Source: Tubiluchus corallicola
Lineage: Eukaryota > Animalia > Priapulida
Direction: 5' to 3'
Length of the DNA stretch: 64,000 bases
Assembly (NCBI GenBank): GCA_030141605.1
Contig: JAQGDQ010000075.1
Location: 558,001-622,000, forward strand
The notes under the pieces were generated by a model, which saw nothing but the letters and a program-made list of their open reading frames with translations, searched no databases and was not told the origin of the DNA. How positions within the stretch are numbered: position 1 is the stretch's first letter; every line of letters begins with the position of its first letter. Shown here piece by piece: positions 51,746 to 64,000 of the stretch. The translations under genes were made by a program, and so were the position numbers.

Positions 51746-54700
51746 ATGCGTAGTTGTTTTAAACCACTATTGTCAGCAATCTATTTGGCATCTGCAACAC
51801 AATTATTTATTAACACTTATTGTGCAAACAGACTGCTCTGTTTCAAATCCCATCATTGCCTCTGGTTGCACACAAGCAGCAGTATAATGGCTGACAACAG
51901 GTACTGTGTTGATTACGCTAAACGTGGGATGGCTGGATGTAAGAAATGCAAGCAGAAAATTGAAAAAGGACTGCCGAGAATTGCCAAAATTGTCAACAAT
52001 CCATTTACGGAGGAAGGCGGTGACATGAAACATTGGCATCACATTCCTTGTATATTTGAAACATTTGCTAAAGCTAGAGCCACCACCAAAGTCATTGAAG
52101 ATCCTGATGATTTGGAAGGATGGGATCAACTTCAACAAGAGGAAAAGGATTTAATACTAAAGTTAATTAAAGGTTAGTTAATAATTGTTATTTTTTATTA
52201 TTACTACTAGTTTGCAAATTCAGTCTTATACATCAGCAAACTGGCATCCTACTGATAGATAAACTTGATCTGGAGATCAGTTAGTCTAGTTGAATCTAGT
52301 TTCACTTGAGATGTACAACTCTAAAATAGATTTTCAGATAAGCCGAAACCTTGCTGTTATGTAATTCCTCTACAGATAAACAATATTTAGAGCAAACTTT
52401 ATATAATTGCTGTTCAATTAAATAGATTTCATTGCATTTTTGTTTATGTTGTGACAATTTAATTTTCTAAATATTTAGTAATTAACTTTTGCAGAGTTGG
52501 CAGAGCAACGTGAAAAGAAAGGTTCTTCCCCAAAGAAAAAGGCCTCAAAGCAGCAGATACAGATGACTTTGACAAGTCCGAATAAGCAGACAAACAATGA
52601 TAAAAATGGTTTGTAGCAAGCTATTGAAACTAACTAGAAAAATTACTGTTTCTCAAATCAAATTTAGTTTAACTATGCATTGGCTCTTCTGGTATTTTAT
52701 AAAACAAAAATTGTAGACGGAATCATGGATGTTATAATAAAAAGATAAGCCTTTTCGCAGTTTTGTTGTGCGCATGCTCAGTTGCTGCATTTTAAAGGTT
52801 AAGTGTACCACAGCAGTGCATCTTAACTACAACCGTCACATGACGTGTGGATAAAGCAAAGCCGTCTGCTGTATCAATTCAGTAACTTCACTTGTTTTAC
52901 ATGGTTTTTACTTAATTATGCATTAATCCTCATTATGCAGAGTGATTTACTAGCAGGATCTTGCTTGGGAACTAGAAAAATGAACTAGATAAGGTTCTAG
53001 CTACCTGTTAAAACTTTTACTGTTATAATAGCTTGTGCTGTGAGGCGTTTTCAAGTGTACACAAATGTGTTGTCTGGTACACGTAAGTTTTGACCTTTCC
53101 ACATTCATCGTCAATCAATGGAACTGTGGGAACTGTTTATTATATTTTTATTATAATGTCTATGGTTCCGTCTATAATCTTGTTCTGGTGTTTGTGTGGC
53201 TAGTTATAATTGAGGCAGTTTATTTATTATGTTGACATTATCTTAGATGCAAGTGTGAAATCTGTAGCTGCAGGGTTGTCGCATGTTGTGGCTGGAATTC
53301 TAGATCATAAAGACAACAGTTTTCGAGAATATCGTCGCCTTTGTGCTAAAATAGCTGAGGAGCCTAGTTATAACAGCAAAACTGCCATAGTTTCCAATTA
53401 CATTAATAAAGGAAATGATGGTGGTATGTTTTTTTTTGTATTAATTTGTAGGCTGTAATGGAAAATTTCAGTTACTATGTATTCTCAAATAGAAGATAAG
53501 AATGATCGTGCTTTAAATATGAAATATGACTTTGCTAAGTGAAAGATGTTTGAGCTATTCTTAAAATCCACAAATTACATTTATTATATTTTAGAATTAT
53601 TGTTATTTTGCAAATTGAAATGTGTGCTTCTTAAATGTGCAGATGGTTTCAAAGGTGATACATATTTATTGCTGAAGTTGTTACTTCCTGGAGCAGTCAA
53701 ACGAGTTTACAATTTGCAAAACAAGCAGCTAGTTAAACATTTCAGTCAGGTATTGAATATTACAATGTCTACCACTTTCGTTTTAGAATAATACAATGGT
53801 TAATGTTTACGCAAATGTATAATGGAACTATAGTAATGGTATAGTGATGTCGTGCTCAATTATAATGTGTGCTAAGCATATATACCTTAGTAAAATACCT
53901 AATTTCTAAATGCAAAATTCTTTAAAATTTAATTGTAGTTTCCGTTATTCATTTTGGCAATATATTAACAACAAAACTTACATCCGAATACTAATTAGAA
54001 CTGTGTTAAACTTCACATTTGCCAACTGGAAACTTGACTTTTTCAGTTATTCAACTAAACTTACCTGGTTCAGGGCCTTTTTAATATGTGTGAACTGATC
54101 TTAAATTTTCAGTAAAATGCTGAACAAAGCACATAAGTTTTGTAGAAATGCATATTTGAATCTAATGCACCTTTTGCGAAATACAAACAAAAAAATTATA
54201 ATTGAAGCAGAGTATTAAGTTCATACCATTTTTACCAACAGAATTATTAAATGATATCTTATTAAACAACATTTTATTAGGCAAATTAGAATAATACACT
54301 AAGTCCCATGAAGAATACTTAAGTACACACAGAACTGACACATGGCACCATAGCACAATGAAGTGTATCTGTATAAATATGAGAAATAGTGCACTTGTTA
54401 TACTGTTAAATTGACTGAATAGAATTGTTCAAAGTGTTCATGCTAGCAGTTGACCATTGAATGGTTTGCTGCTGTTCCAAATGACTATCTTGTTGCACTT
54501 TTGTAACTGGTAACATTGATTTAATTCCAGCTTTTTGGCACTAATCTCAATGATATGGTGACCGATTTAGAAAAGGTAATTTATCTCTTTTGTATTTGTA
54601 CATTTATTTTCGTGGTATTTTGCTGCGAAATGTCCCTCATTGTTCTAAATTTTTGCCAGATATGCTACTGTAATATGTTTAATTGCAAAAACGTTTGAGC

Positions 54701-57700
54701 CTATTTTAGTTTTTAAACATTTCTTGTGTTATTTTGAATTGGTATTCATTCTAATGCTTTTCTATGCATGCAATGTACGTTGGAATAAATCCATTTTTAG
54801 TCATTTTTCATTCATATTGTTTGACTTGGATATGTGTTTTTAATAAAAGCGTATTCACACATTTTTTTTGAGTATGCATTGCAAGCAATGAGAAATAGAT
54901 GCTAAACATTTGCAATGTAACCACATATAATCTGTTTAGTTTTATATAATGTATAAGTAAGATAACATTTTGCTGTTTAGTGCCATTTATGTATTTTTTC
55001 TGTTATTTGATACTAAGCAATGTATCTGTTACATATAAATGTCACTTTGATGCTGTTTTTTCAGGGTGATGTAGCTGAAACTGTGAGAATGTTTTTTGAA
55101 GAAAGTTTAACTTCAGTAAAACCAAGATCGAAAAGTGAACTTACACTTGCAGAGGTAATTAGTATTTCTTAACGAAAGCCGGCAAAAAAGTCTTTGTTTG
55201 CATTTTAAAATATAATTGCACCTGCATGATTTAAATATGTTCTGGTTTTGAAAAATCAGCTCATAACAAAACAATATTTATTCTGTTGATTTTTTGACAA
55301 AATTACTTTTCAATAATTTGTCATCTTGTAATAATCGTAAATCTTATCATGTTTGGAAAAAGTGGGCATATATCAGTTCACCCATGCATTTGTACTATTA
55401 CCAGAATGTCAGACTTATTGATATTACAGGTTGACGAATTCCTGAATGAGTTGGCTTTGCAAACTAAAGAAGATGATCAACAGAGAGTCTTGAAAAAGCT
55501 TGCGGACAAGTAATTCTACTATGTAGTTGCTAACACATTATTAAATACCGTATTTTCCCGTGTATAAGAGACCCTTTTTTGCTCAGAATTTTCACTTTAA
55601 AAATAGGGGGTCTCTTATACATGGGAGTAAGTCTTTTCAATAAGATGCATAACGACACTGATGATTTTAAAGAAATAAGTGCTCTACAACTGTTTTATTT
55701 CGAATAATTATAGTTTCCTTTCAATAAATCTTCTCCTTGGCTAAATTCTAATGATAAAATTAATGTACCGGGTAAGTTATTATTTTTTTAAATGTCTCTT
55801 TGGTATTGGAGAGAAATCGATTGTTCTGCAGCCAATCAACGCATCTGCATAAGCTCTCTGCTTAATTTAATGATTTCTATGATGAATAAAGTTATTCATT
55901 ACCAAAAAACTTTTTTCCAGAATTTTTGCCTAAAAATTGAAGGGGTCTCTTATACACAAGGGTCTCTTATACATGGGAAAATACGGTAATTGCTTTCTTT
56001 TGAGTATTTTTCTTACACTTTTATCACGTTTATTTCCATCTTTGAAAAATGGTCATGAAAATCATTAGATGAATATAACCTGCCTGATTTATAGTACACA
56101 CAAGCAAAGCTGGTTTAGACCAAAGCAATTTTGTGTATGCATTACAACAAAGGGCCAAGTTCTATACCATACATACTCTTTAAAAGGTAAAAACCACTTT
56201 TTACATTGCAAAAAACCTTGTCCAGATCATATTTTGTATTTTGTTGTTTTTGATATCTTAGCTAGGACAGGACAAGAACCATATTTTAACAAAGACCAAG
56301 TTCGAGTCTGTAGGCAAGCTCAGATTCAGTCTGTACTGGATTTACCTGTGTAAACTGTGTGTTTTTTATTGATGAGTGTTTATGATTTGTCAAATTATCC
56401 CACAATCCTGGGATTAGGTTTTCTAAGCTTTGTGGTACAGGTGTCAGCTAAGAATGAACCCTTTGTTTTATATCTGAAATGCCTAATTATTTTAGCAAAA
56501 GTTTGTGGTATGTGAAGTGCTTTTTTTATTTTTCATTTTATTGTATTTTAGTTGATGGTAGTCTATTCATAATTTGCATTTCAGAAGCACAGGAAATGAT
56601 TTAAAAATGGCAGTGCGGTTAATCAAACATGACATACGAATCAATGCTGGACCAAAACACGTGTATGTTTTCTAGTTTCTTTAAAACTGCATTTAATTAA
56701 TCTGATTATTCTAAGTAAAATATAATTACCACATTACGAACTTATACATATGTGTAGCTCTACTTATTTTGTTAATGGTGTTTTATTTAATACAGCAAAC
56801 TTTGTAATATGAAAGAATCGTTTAATTACCTGTTAGTGTGACAGGTTAATTATTTATAAATTTTATTTTATTATTTCCTGGAATATTTTTAATTATTATA
56901 CTGACTGACAGAGAAAAACCTAAAAACTGCCTAGGAACTGACACGGTGTCGTCTGGCCCTGGTTAGTCCAACCCAGTTTCAAAGGCATTGGTTTCAATTT
57001 CTGCTTTGGGAAATCTGAATTTGTTTATGTGAGTCTAATGATTGTAATTATTTCTAACTGCAATAATAGTAAAAAGAATTGCTTAATATGTGATAAACAT
57101 TTTCGTATTGTAATTGCCAGGCAGATCAATTTCTTCCAATGCTTCTCCTTAAGAGTACTCTGCATGTCTTTTTCTTATACCTTTCACCCTTTCTCGCACT
57201 ATAATGACAGTCATTTACTTATTTGTAACTCTTATTCACTAATATTTTAAAAATAGATAACCCTAATGTAGTTAATATTTGGTGTTAATAGCATATATAA
57301 CTTTTCAGTTTCTTGTTTCTATTTCAGTCTTGATGGATTAGATTCAAATGCCTATCAAGCATTCCAGGCTTCCAGAGATTTGAATGATGTGGTCAGCCGA
57401 GTGCTGGCGAATCGTAAGGAAGCAGTCAACAAGCCTGGAATGGCAAAGAGCATTAGTGTTCGAGCGTCTCTTCTGACCCCCGTTTTGCCTATGTTGGTAT
57501 GCACTGTACGCAAGTAATAGCATCCACTACTGTACCTTACTGGCTGTAATACTCATTGTCATTAATATAATGGCAAGATGTTCCTTCATGGTAGCAATAG
57601 CTGCAAAACCGTGATTCATTTTTCATAGTTTCCAACTCTGCACCAAGAATGGTTATCTGCCATTGAAAGTTTGCATGCTAATCAATTCTGAAAAACTTGG

Positions 57701-60700
57701 TTTACAAAGTGAGATAAAATAATCTGTTTTGTTCACCTAGTATGTGTTATCATAAAAGCTTTGGGCTACTGTGAATAAACAAAGCTATAAAAATGTTACT
57801 ATACGTAGTTTAATTGTTGGAAGTGCATGTTTCTTAACAGATTTTTCTTCTGGCTATAACAACATTTGATGAGACTGTAATTAAAAATTCCCTTTTCAAT
57901 GTTTTCTGCAGATTCTAGTGCTGCTGCCATCATTTGGAGATATTTAAGATGATACATTGTTTAAATTTCTATGTATTTTAATATCTTGCAGGCAGAGGCT
58001 TGTAAGTCTGTGGATTATGCATTGAAAAAATGCCCGAATGGAATGTATTCAGAAATTAAATACGATGGAGAACGGGTGCAAGTACACAAACAGGGAGACA
58101 AATTCCACTATTTCAGTCGAAGCCTCAAACCTGTACTAGGCCATAAGGTAAGAAGGTTTGTTGGTCAATATGGTCAATTCTGCCCTGTGCAAATACTGCC
58201 TTTGTGGTCCTATTGCATAAGACGCACTGTAGATAATATATTTTACCGGAGTATTACTGGAGCATAGTTAAACTAAAACTCTACAAAGATATACATGCCC
58301 TAGTTGATAACGTCAACCTGTTATTATAATAAACAAATACTAAGGTTGATAAATAACTGTTCCATACTTCTCATTGTAACTGGTTACTGATTTCTGGCTG
58401 TTAATTAGTAAATGTAATGATCTTATGCCAAAAATTAAGAAAACATAGTCGGTTTTTATTCCGAAATTAAGTATGACTTCTTACAAAGGATATTTGGATA
58501 TTATAATGCTGATGAGTGTACTATTGACAACTTATTGATGATCAAGGTAAGTTATGGTTATGCTTTTATTTGTGTTTGCCTTATTCAAGCCAAAAATATT
58601 TAAAGAAGTGGCTTGTTATCCTTCTTTTCAATGGAAAGGTTAGTTTCTAAACTTTTAAACATGATTGACTGTAATTTGGAAATTTTTAAACTAACATGGA
58701 CTCTTTAATGCTAGGACAGGTTTAGAAAACTTTTGAATTGACATTTCACTGAGACACAGAGCACAACAGTCAGTTAATTACATATCTCTACCATTTTACA
58801 ACTTCTGTCAAATAGTGTGTGTCTTGCTACAAACTTTTCTTAGGCGCACTGCACTATGGAAAATTTTGAAATATTCATTTTTGTAAAAACCCTAGCAGAA
58901 AAATTGATTTATATTTAACCTGTGAATTTTTTTCATTATCCTGTTGAATAATCGAGTTTTTTTCTCAAATGTTTTTTATTCATAGTCAAAGCTTGAGTTT
59001 AGCCTACAATCCTAAAATAGTTCTTACTGTTCAGCATGTAGTTTATGGTCCACTCAATGCCCATGCTTACCCATCTGGGAAGCTGCCTAAAATGGTGTTA
59101 ATGTTAGTCTACTATTCTTAATTTCAGGTCCAGCACTTTAAGGATTACATTCCACAAGCTTTTCCACACGGGAATGATTTAATTTTAGATAGTGAAGTTT
59201 TACTTATTGATACCAGTACAGGAAAACCATTGCCATTTGGTACTTTAGGAGTGCATAAGGTATGTTTTCTTTTTCTAATTTTGAAAATAATAGATTTTAC
59301 GCAAAAAACTATACCATTATATTTCGTTTTGTTTTATCTTTTTTTAATTTACATGGCACATTTACTAATTTGACTTTCTAGCATTTTTGAAAGATATTCC
59401 AGTTTAATAATTTTTGATGATCCATTTTTCTGAGTTGTATAATCTGTGTTTACGCTTCTTTGATGATTGTTTTGTTCATTTATTTTGACCAATGATGTGA
59501 GCTAAAGTATTAAATATGTACACTGAAAAAAAGCACAATCTTTTCTTTTTTAACAAGCTATTACATGAGCCATCCACTTGCCTTTGTAAGGAAAGTAACT
59601 AACTTCTAAAGCAATAAATGTAAGACATGCATGCAAAGCTAAATTTTATTTTGATTCACAATTGTTTCACCCACAAAATGTGGTCCTCTTCAGCTATTAC
59701 AGCCACATTACATTGGAAATTCCTTTTCAGAAGATAGACAAGCTAAAACAAGGATGATTTATCAAATCTTCTAAGACTAGCACAACAATTACATGGTCTT
59801 GAAAAATTACTAATTATAACTTACTAATAAACAGGGCTTAGCCAGAGAGTCCAGCCTCCCACCCCCCTTGAAAATCTGCAGTTCTGATAAGTTGCAGAAA
59901 TAATGAGATAAATTGATAAAATAAAAAAGTACAGTAGTTGCTGCTTAGTAGACTCACGGTTAATAGACTCAAGTGAGCATGTGCAGAACATCTCAGGTTT
60001 CTTTGTGTCAGTATAGTATTAATGTCAAAATGTATAAGAACTATAGTTACATAAGTCTTTCCAGCAGGTATGTGAAATGCTAAGTAATATAGATTTGCAT
60101 GGAAAGTTTTTTGGGGCATAATTTAACATTGTCTTTTCTTCCCCTGATTTACATGGCGAAGTGATGTCATGTAATGCGAATGCGATATGTGCATAAAATT
60201 GCTGTAAAGTAGTATAATTTTTTAAGATTATATTTCTGAAACCTACTTCAGGTGCCTCTTTTCTTGTCCTTTAGTGCATTTCACAGTTAATTCAAATCGT
60301 CTAATGTACAGTAACTTTGACAGCAACACCAAACTGTTACAAATATTACAATGATTTTGAATTGCTAATTATCATCTTACATGGGGTGCTGTGTTTTCAT
60401 GGAAAATTCAATTGTCATGTGTTTTGCTTTATCACTTCGACAGAGTCAACTCTTTTTCAGTACACTTAATCAAAGTGCTGCCTGGGGCACAAAACCCCTT
60501 CTGCCCCCTGGAATCAACAATTTTTATGTGCAAAAATCGCTGAAATGTTCACTATTTTTCAGCCTGATGATACAAATAACAATTATTACCTTTATACTTT
60601 ATCTTGATGTGTAAGTTATGGAAATCAATAGTGCACAAAGAGAATTATTATAGTCCAGACAATTATTGACAAATTACGTAACACATCAAATTTGTGCCCT

Positions 60701-62609
60701 GCAAAAATTTCGCTTACTGTTGTATTATGCAACAAGCTTGCTAAACGTTTCCTGTTGCTACCACTGTTGTTGGATAATATTGTTCTGTATATTTGCAGAT
60801 ACATACCTCTCACATTGTATTAATTACTTGTAAAGGTTTCAGGCATCATCAGCAGCATGTGTTGCTGTCTGTTTGATATTATTTCATGAAAGTACATACT
60901 ATTAAATTCAGTTTAATTACGTACTTTCACCTATCACAACGGTTTGACAGAAGTATGCGTAAATAGTCTACAATAAAACATACATTCTGCTTATGCCCAT
61001 GTTCTAACACAAACTGTATGCTTCATGTACAAATAAGCTTTTATGAATAATCACTATTAGGTTAGACTACAATAAATCTTTTTTTCAGAAAAAAGCATTT
61101 CATGATGCAAATGTATGTCTGTTTGTTTTTGACTGTCTTCACTTTAATGGACAAAATTTGATGGAAGTGTAAGTATTTTACTGTAAGCTGTAAAGACCTG
61201 TGTGATAACTGCCTTTGCCAATATTTAATGAAGAGGTTCAGTATGCATTTTTTTCATATAAAGTCAACATTTTGCAAGCTAGGTCGTGCATTGAGCTGAC
61301 AGAGCTGTTTGCGACAGTGTTCCTAGCCAAGTGATCATTGTGTATGCTTCAAAGGATTCAATACTTACTCTGGCAATTCGGTGAACACACACTGATTCTG
61401 GCCATTTACCAATAGAGAGATGATGAACACGCATCTGAATGTGACTAAAGCACCTGTGCCATTTGAGTGGTTATCTTGATCACGTTGAATAGGTCCTGCT
61501 GTGAATGCTGGATTCTGACTTCTAGTGGACTGAAGTGCACAAAACGAATAATGTAGATAGTTATAATTAAGCTATAATAATTCTCACAAATCAAGACACT
61601 GAATCAGCAGGGGTGTATTAGGTGTGTGAGAAGTATATTCATCCTTTCCCTCAAGTCACCATCTTGCCAGGCATGGCATTTCAACCAAGCACATACTATG
61701 TTCAGTACAATATAGCAATGATGACAATAGCTTATTGTCTTCCATGAAGTGTGTGATTTCAGAATCACAGTGTTTTAAGGCAATCGAATGCTTGAAGATA
61801 GTTAGCACATTACCGACATCGCTTTGCTTTGTGGAAAAGGTGACAACGAGTTATTGTCCATGATGCATGGATTTGAAATCATTTAATTTTAACTAACAAA
61901 ATACAGGCATTTGTTCTTCCTTACATTTTAGTGATAGCTGTTGTATTATATCTAATTAACTACTTCCTTCCTTTTGTTATTTGAAGTTGAATTTCTTCAT
62001 ACAATTCGAAAGCCAGTGTCCGGCATTCAACAGCGGGTCCTACTCATATTAGTTAATCGTAGCGAGACCAGAATGCGACTCGTTATCAAAGCTATACCTC
62101 TAAAATGGGCCACTGCATTGGCAGTTGTGTCTCAGCCATGTCCTGATGTGTGTATATCCTGCCTGTATGAGGTAAGCAACTCAGATCCACGTAGGGAATG
62201 AAACAGCCCAAAATGAGAATTGAAGCTATTCGTATCAACTCCCTAACAAACCTTAGTGCCATCTTAACTTCGCTAACTAGGATAACGATGGTATCATTGG
62301 GCTACACATCTCACTGCAGTAGAAACTTTTATATAATCTAGCAGTTCTTTATTGAATTCAGGCAATTTTAATTTTAAGGCAGACATTAGCCATGCGTTTT
62401 ATTATAGTTACTTGTTGCTTTATTTGCTGTTGAATTCTGTACCCTTGATTTGCAATTGTCAGTGAACATGCATAAGTTTGTCTAATTTTAGCTACGTATA
62501 ACTGAGAAAGCCATTTTTCAGGCCGCTAAAGGAGCGCCGGAAGTTCTTACATGAAAACATGAATGAAGTTCCAAATAGGATTATGTTTTCTGAGATGAAA
62601 TTCATAAAT
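51746..62609 (+). CDS. LIG3: DNA ligase III (5' part; continues beyond window)
   Basis: Exons 51746-52172 (presequence plus PARP-type Zn finger YAKRGMAGCKKC..WHHIPC), 52495-52608 (SPKKK), 53247-53423, 53643-53749, 54531-54575, 55065-55154, 55430-55509, 56585-56662, 57328-57496, 57992-58147 (active-site EIKYDGERVQ), 59128-59259 (LILDSEV), 61089-61168 (FVFDCL), 62522-62609. Sum 1743 nt, phases consistent. Confidence 0.97.
55548..55986. mobile_element. Tc1/mariner (pogo/Tigger-type) MITE in LIG3 intron
   Basis: ~27-bp near-perfect TIRs ccgtattttcccgtgtataagagaccc / gggtctcttatacatgggaaaatacgg, TA TSD on both sides, extra internal gggtctcttatac copies. Confidence 0.9.
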
Positions 62610-62961
62610 GTGAGTATTATTTGAACCGTTGTCTGTATAGTTTGTTGCATTTATTAGATGTGTAAATTTTTCTCTGTGAAGACAAATAGTTACAACTATT
62701 TAATTCATTCTACTTGCTTTAAGAAGTTGTATAATGACACTTGAATCGATTTTAAAGCGTTGGTTGAACATTTTACAATCCTATGATAGTGTTTTCACTG
62801 CTGTTTATCTATTATAAGCCATCTCATTCTTATTTAAGAAGCTGCTTGTATGTTTAGTGAAACTGTATTGATTCTCTGGCTTCTCTGCATAGCAGCACAG
62901 CTTAATTGGTACCATAGAAGAACTTCGAAACTAACAAGAATAATTGGTTTAGATTTAAGAG

Positions 62962-63041
62962 AGATTAGCATGCTTAGAGAGAGATTACTAGATCCGCTAC
63001 TAGATTAGCATGCTTAGAGAGAGATTACTAGATCCGCTACT
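62962..63041. repeat. Perfect 40-bp tandem duplication
   Basis: agattagcatgcttagagagagattactagatccgctact x2, followed by actaga-type partial units. Confidence 0.9.
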
Positions 63042-64000
63042 AGATTACTAGACACTAGACAATTACTAGACAAAGAGTGTGACAAACAATGGCTGCCATG
63101 TTCATCTACATACAAAAACTACATTTGACTGTTAAGCAAACAGAGCTCTTAAGTGACAAACTTTTAAAGTATTAATTGAGCACTTAAGCCCATTGTCTGG
63201 TCCAGTTGAATCAATATTCTTTTTATTTTGCAGTTATTTTTACTAGGTTTCTTTGTGCTACTTTTTTAAGAAAAATGATTTTTGTAGTGCGGGCCAACCA
63301 GTCAAGGTCAGTGACTATCCCACTAAAATTTGCATTGTACATTGTCCAAGCTTAGTTTTTGAGCTCTTCACAACTTTTGAGTTGTAATTGACCTTTATTC
63401 CACTAATACCTAGTATAACACATTGTGTAAGCCACTGTGGCCAATTTTCTCAATGAATTCTATACCCCGATTAGGTACTACAGGTTACCTTTTGGTTGCC
63501 CTCTGTCAAATAAATTTTTAGTAATGTATTTTAACCTAGTCTTATGGTTTTGTGACTGACTTACCACCTTACCTGTGTGAGTGCTTCGTACCAGCTTTCA
63601 CAGCTCCGTCATGGGCATAGGAACATTATTCGTTTTATTTTATTCTTGCAGTTTTGTTAGTGCTTCTCTGCCTGTTTTTAAACAAGCATTTATGTTTGCT
63701 GACTCATATGGTTAAGGTCTAAGACTTGACCTTTGACCTTTAAATGCCAGGCATCAATACAAAAAAATACCGTCTTTGAAGTAGCTGCTTTGTCAGTTTT
63801 GGTGAACTAATTTGACTATCAGTTAGTTATTTAATTCAAAAGCTTAAATAAACCATTACCTGCCTATCTTAGCCTTTTAACCTAAAGCCACTGCCCACCT
63901 ACTATAGCAGCACATGGGCAACTTTCTTGTGTGACTATTTTGTAGAATTAAAATTGAGGCCTGCTTGAGCCCCACTGAGTGAGCTGAGACAACCAATTTA

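Noticed and set aside
51803-52138. 111-aa antisense ORF
   Set aside because: Shadow of the LIG3 coding exon

Overview
AT-rich, intron-rich animal (invertebrate-type) nuclear DNA; no prokaryotic features. I assembled three spliced genes by hand from GT-AG junctions and reading-frame phase. (1) A bilobal transferrin-family gene on the minus strand (12 exons, 22482 to ~301, probably continuing off the left edge) whose iron-ligand residues are largely substituted. (2) A complete Munc18-1/unc-18/Rop (STXBP1-like) gene on the plus strand (16 exons, 25019-42205, 592 aa), head-to-head with the transferrin gene. (3) The 5' part of DNA ligase III on the plus strand (13 coding exons, 51746-62609, running off the right edge), with a mitochondrial presequence and a tiny uORF overlapping its first ATG. 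Between STXBP1 and LIG3 lie two decayed minus-strand reading frames (ZP/PAN-like secreted and Ig-like membrane protein pseudogene candidates). Introns carry nested mobile DNA (a near-full-length degenerate CR1/L2-group LINE, LINE fragments, hAT and Tc1/mariner MITEs, a tRNA-derived SINE head, a pogo-like transposase remnant) and microsatellites. I see no clear wholly new system. The best leads are the non-canonical transferrin, the LIG3 uORF switch, and candidate alternative exons or splice sites of STXBP1.
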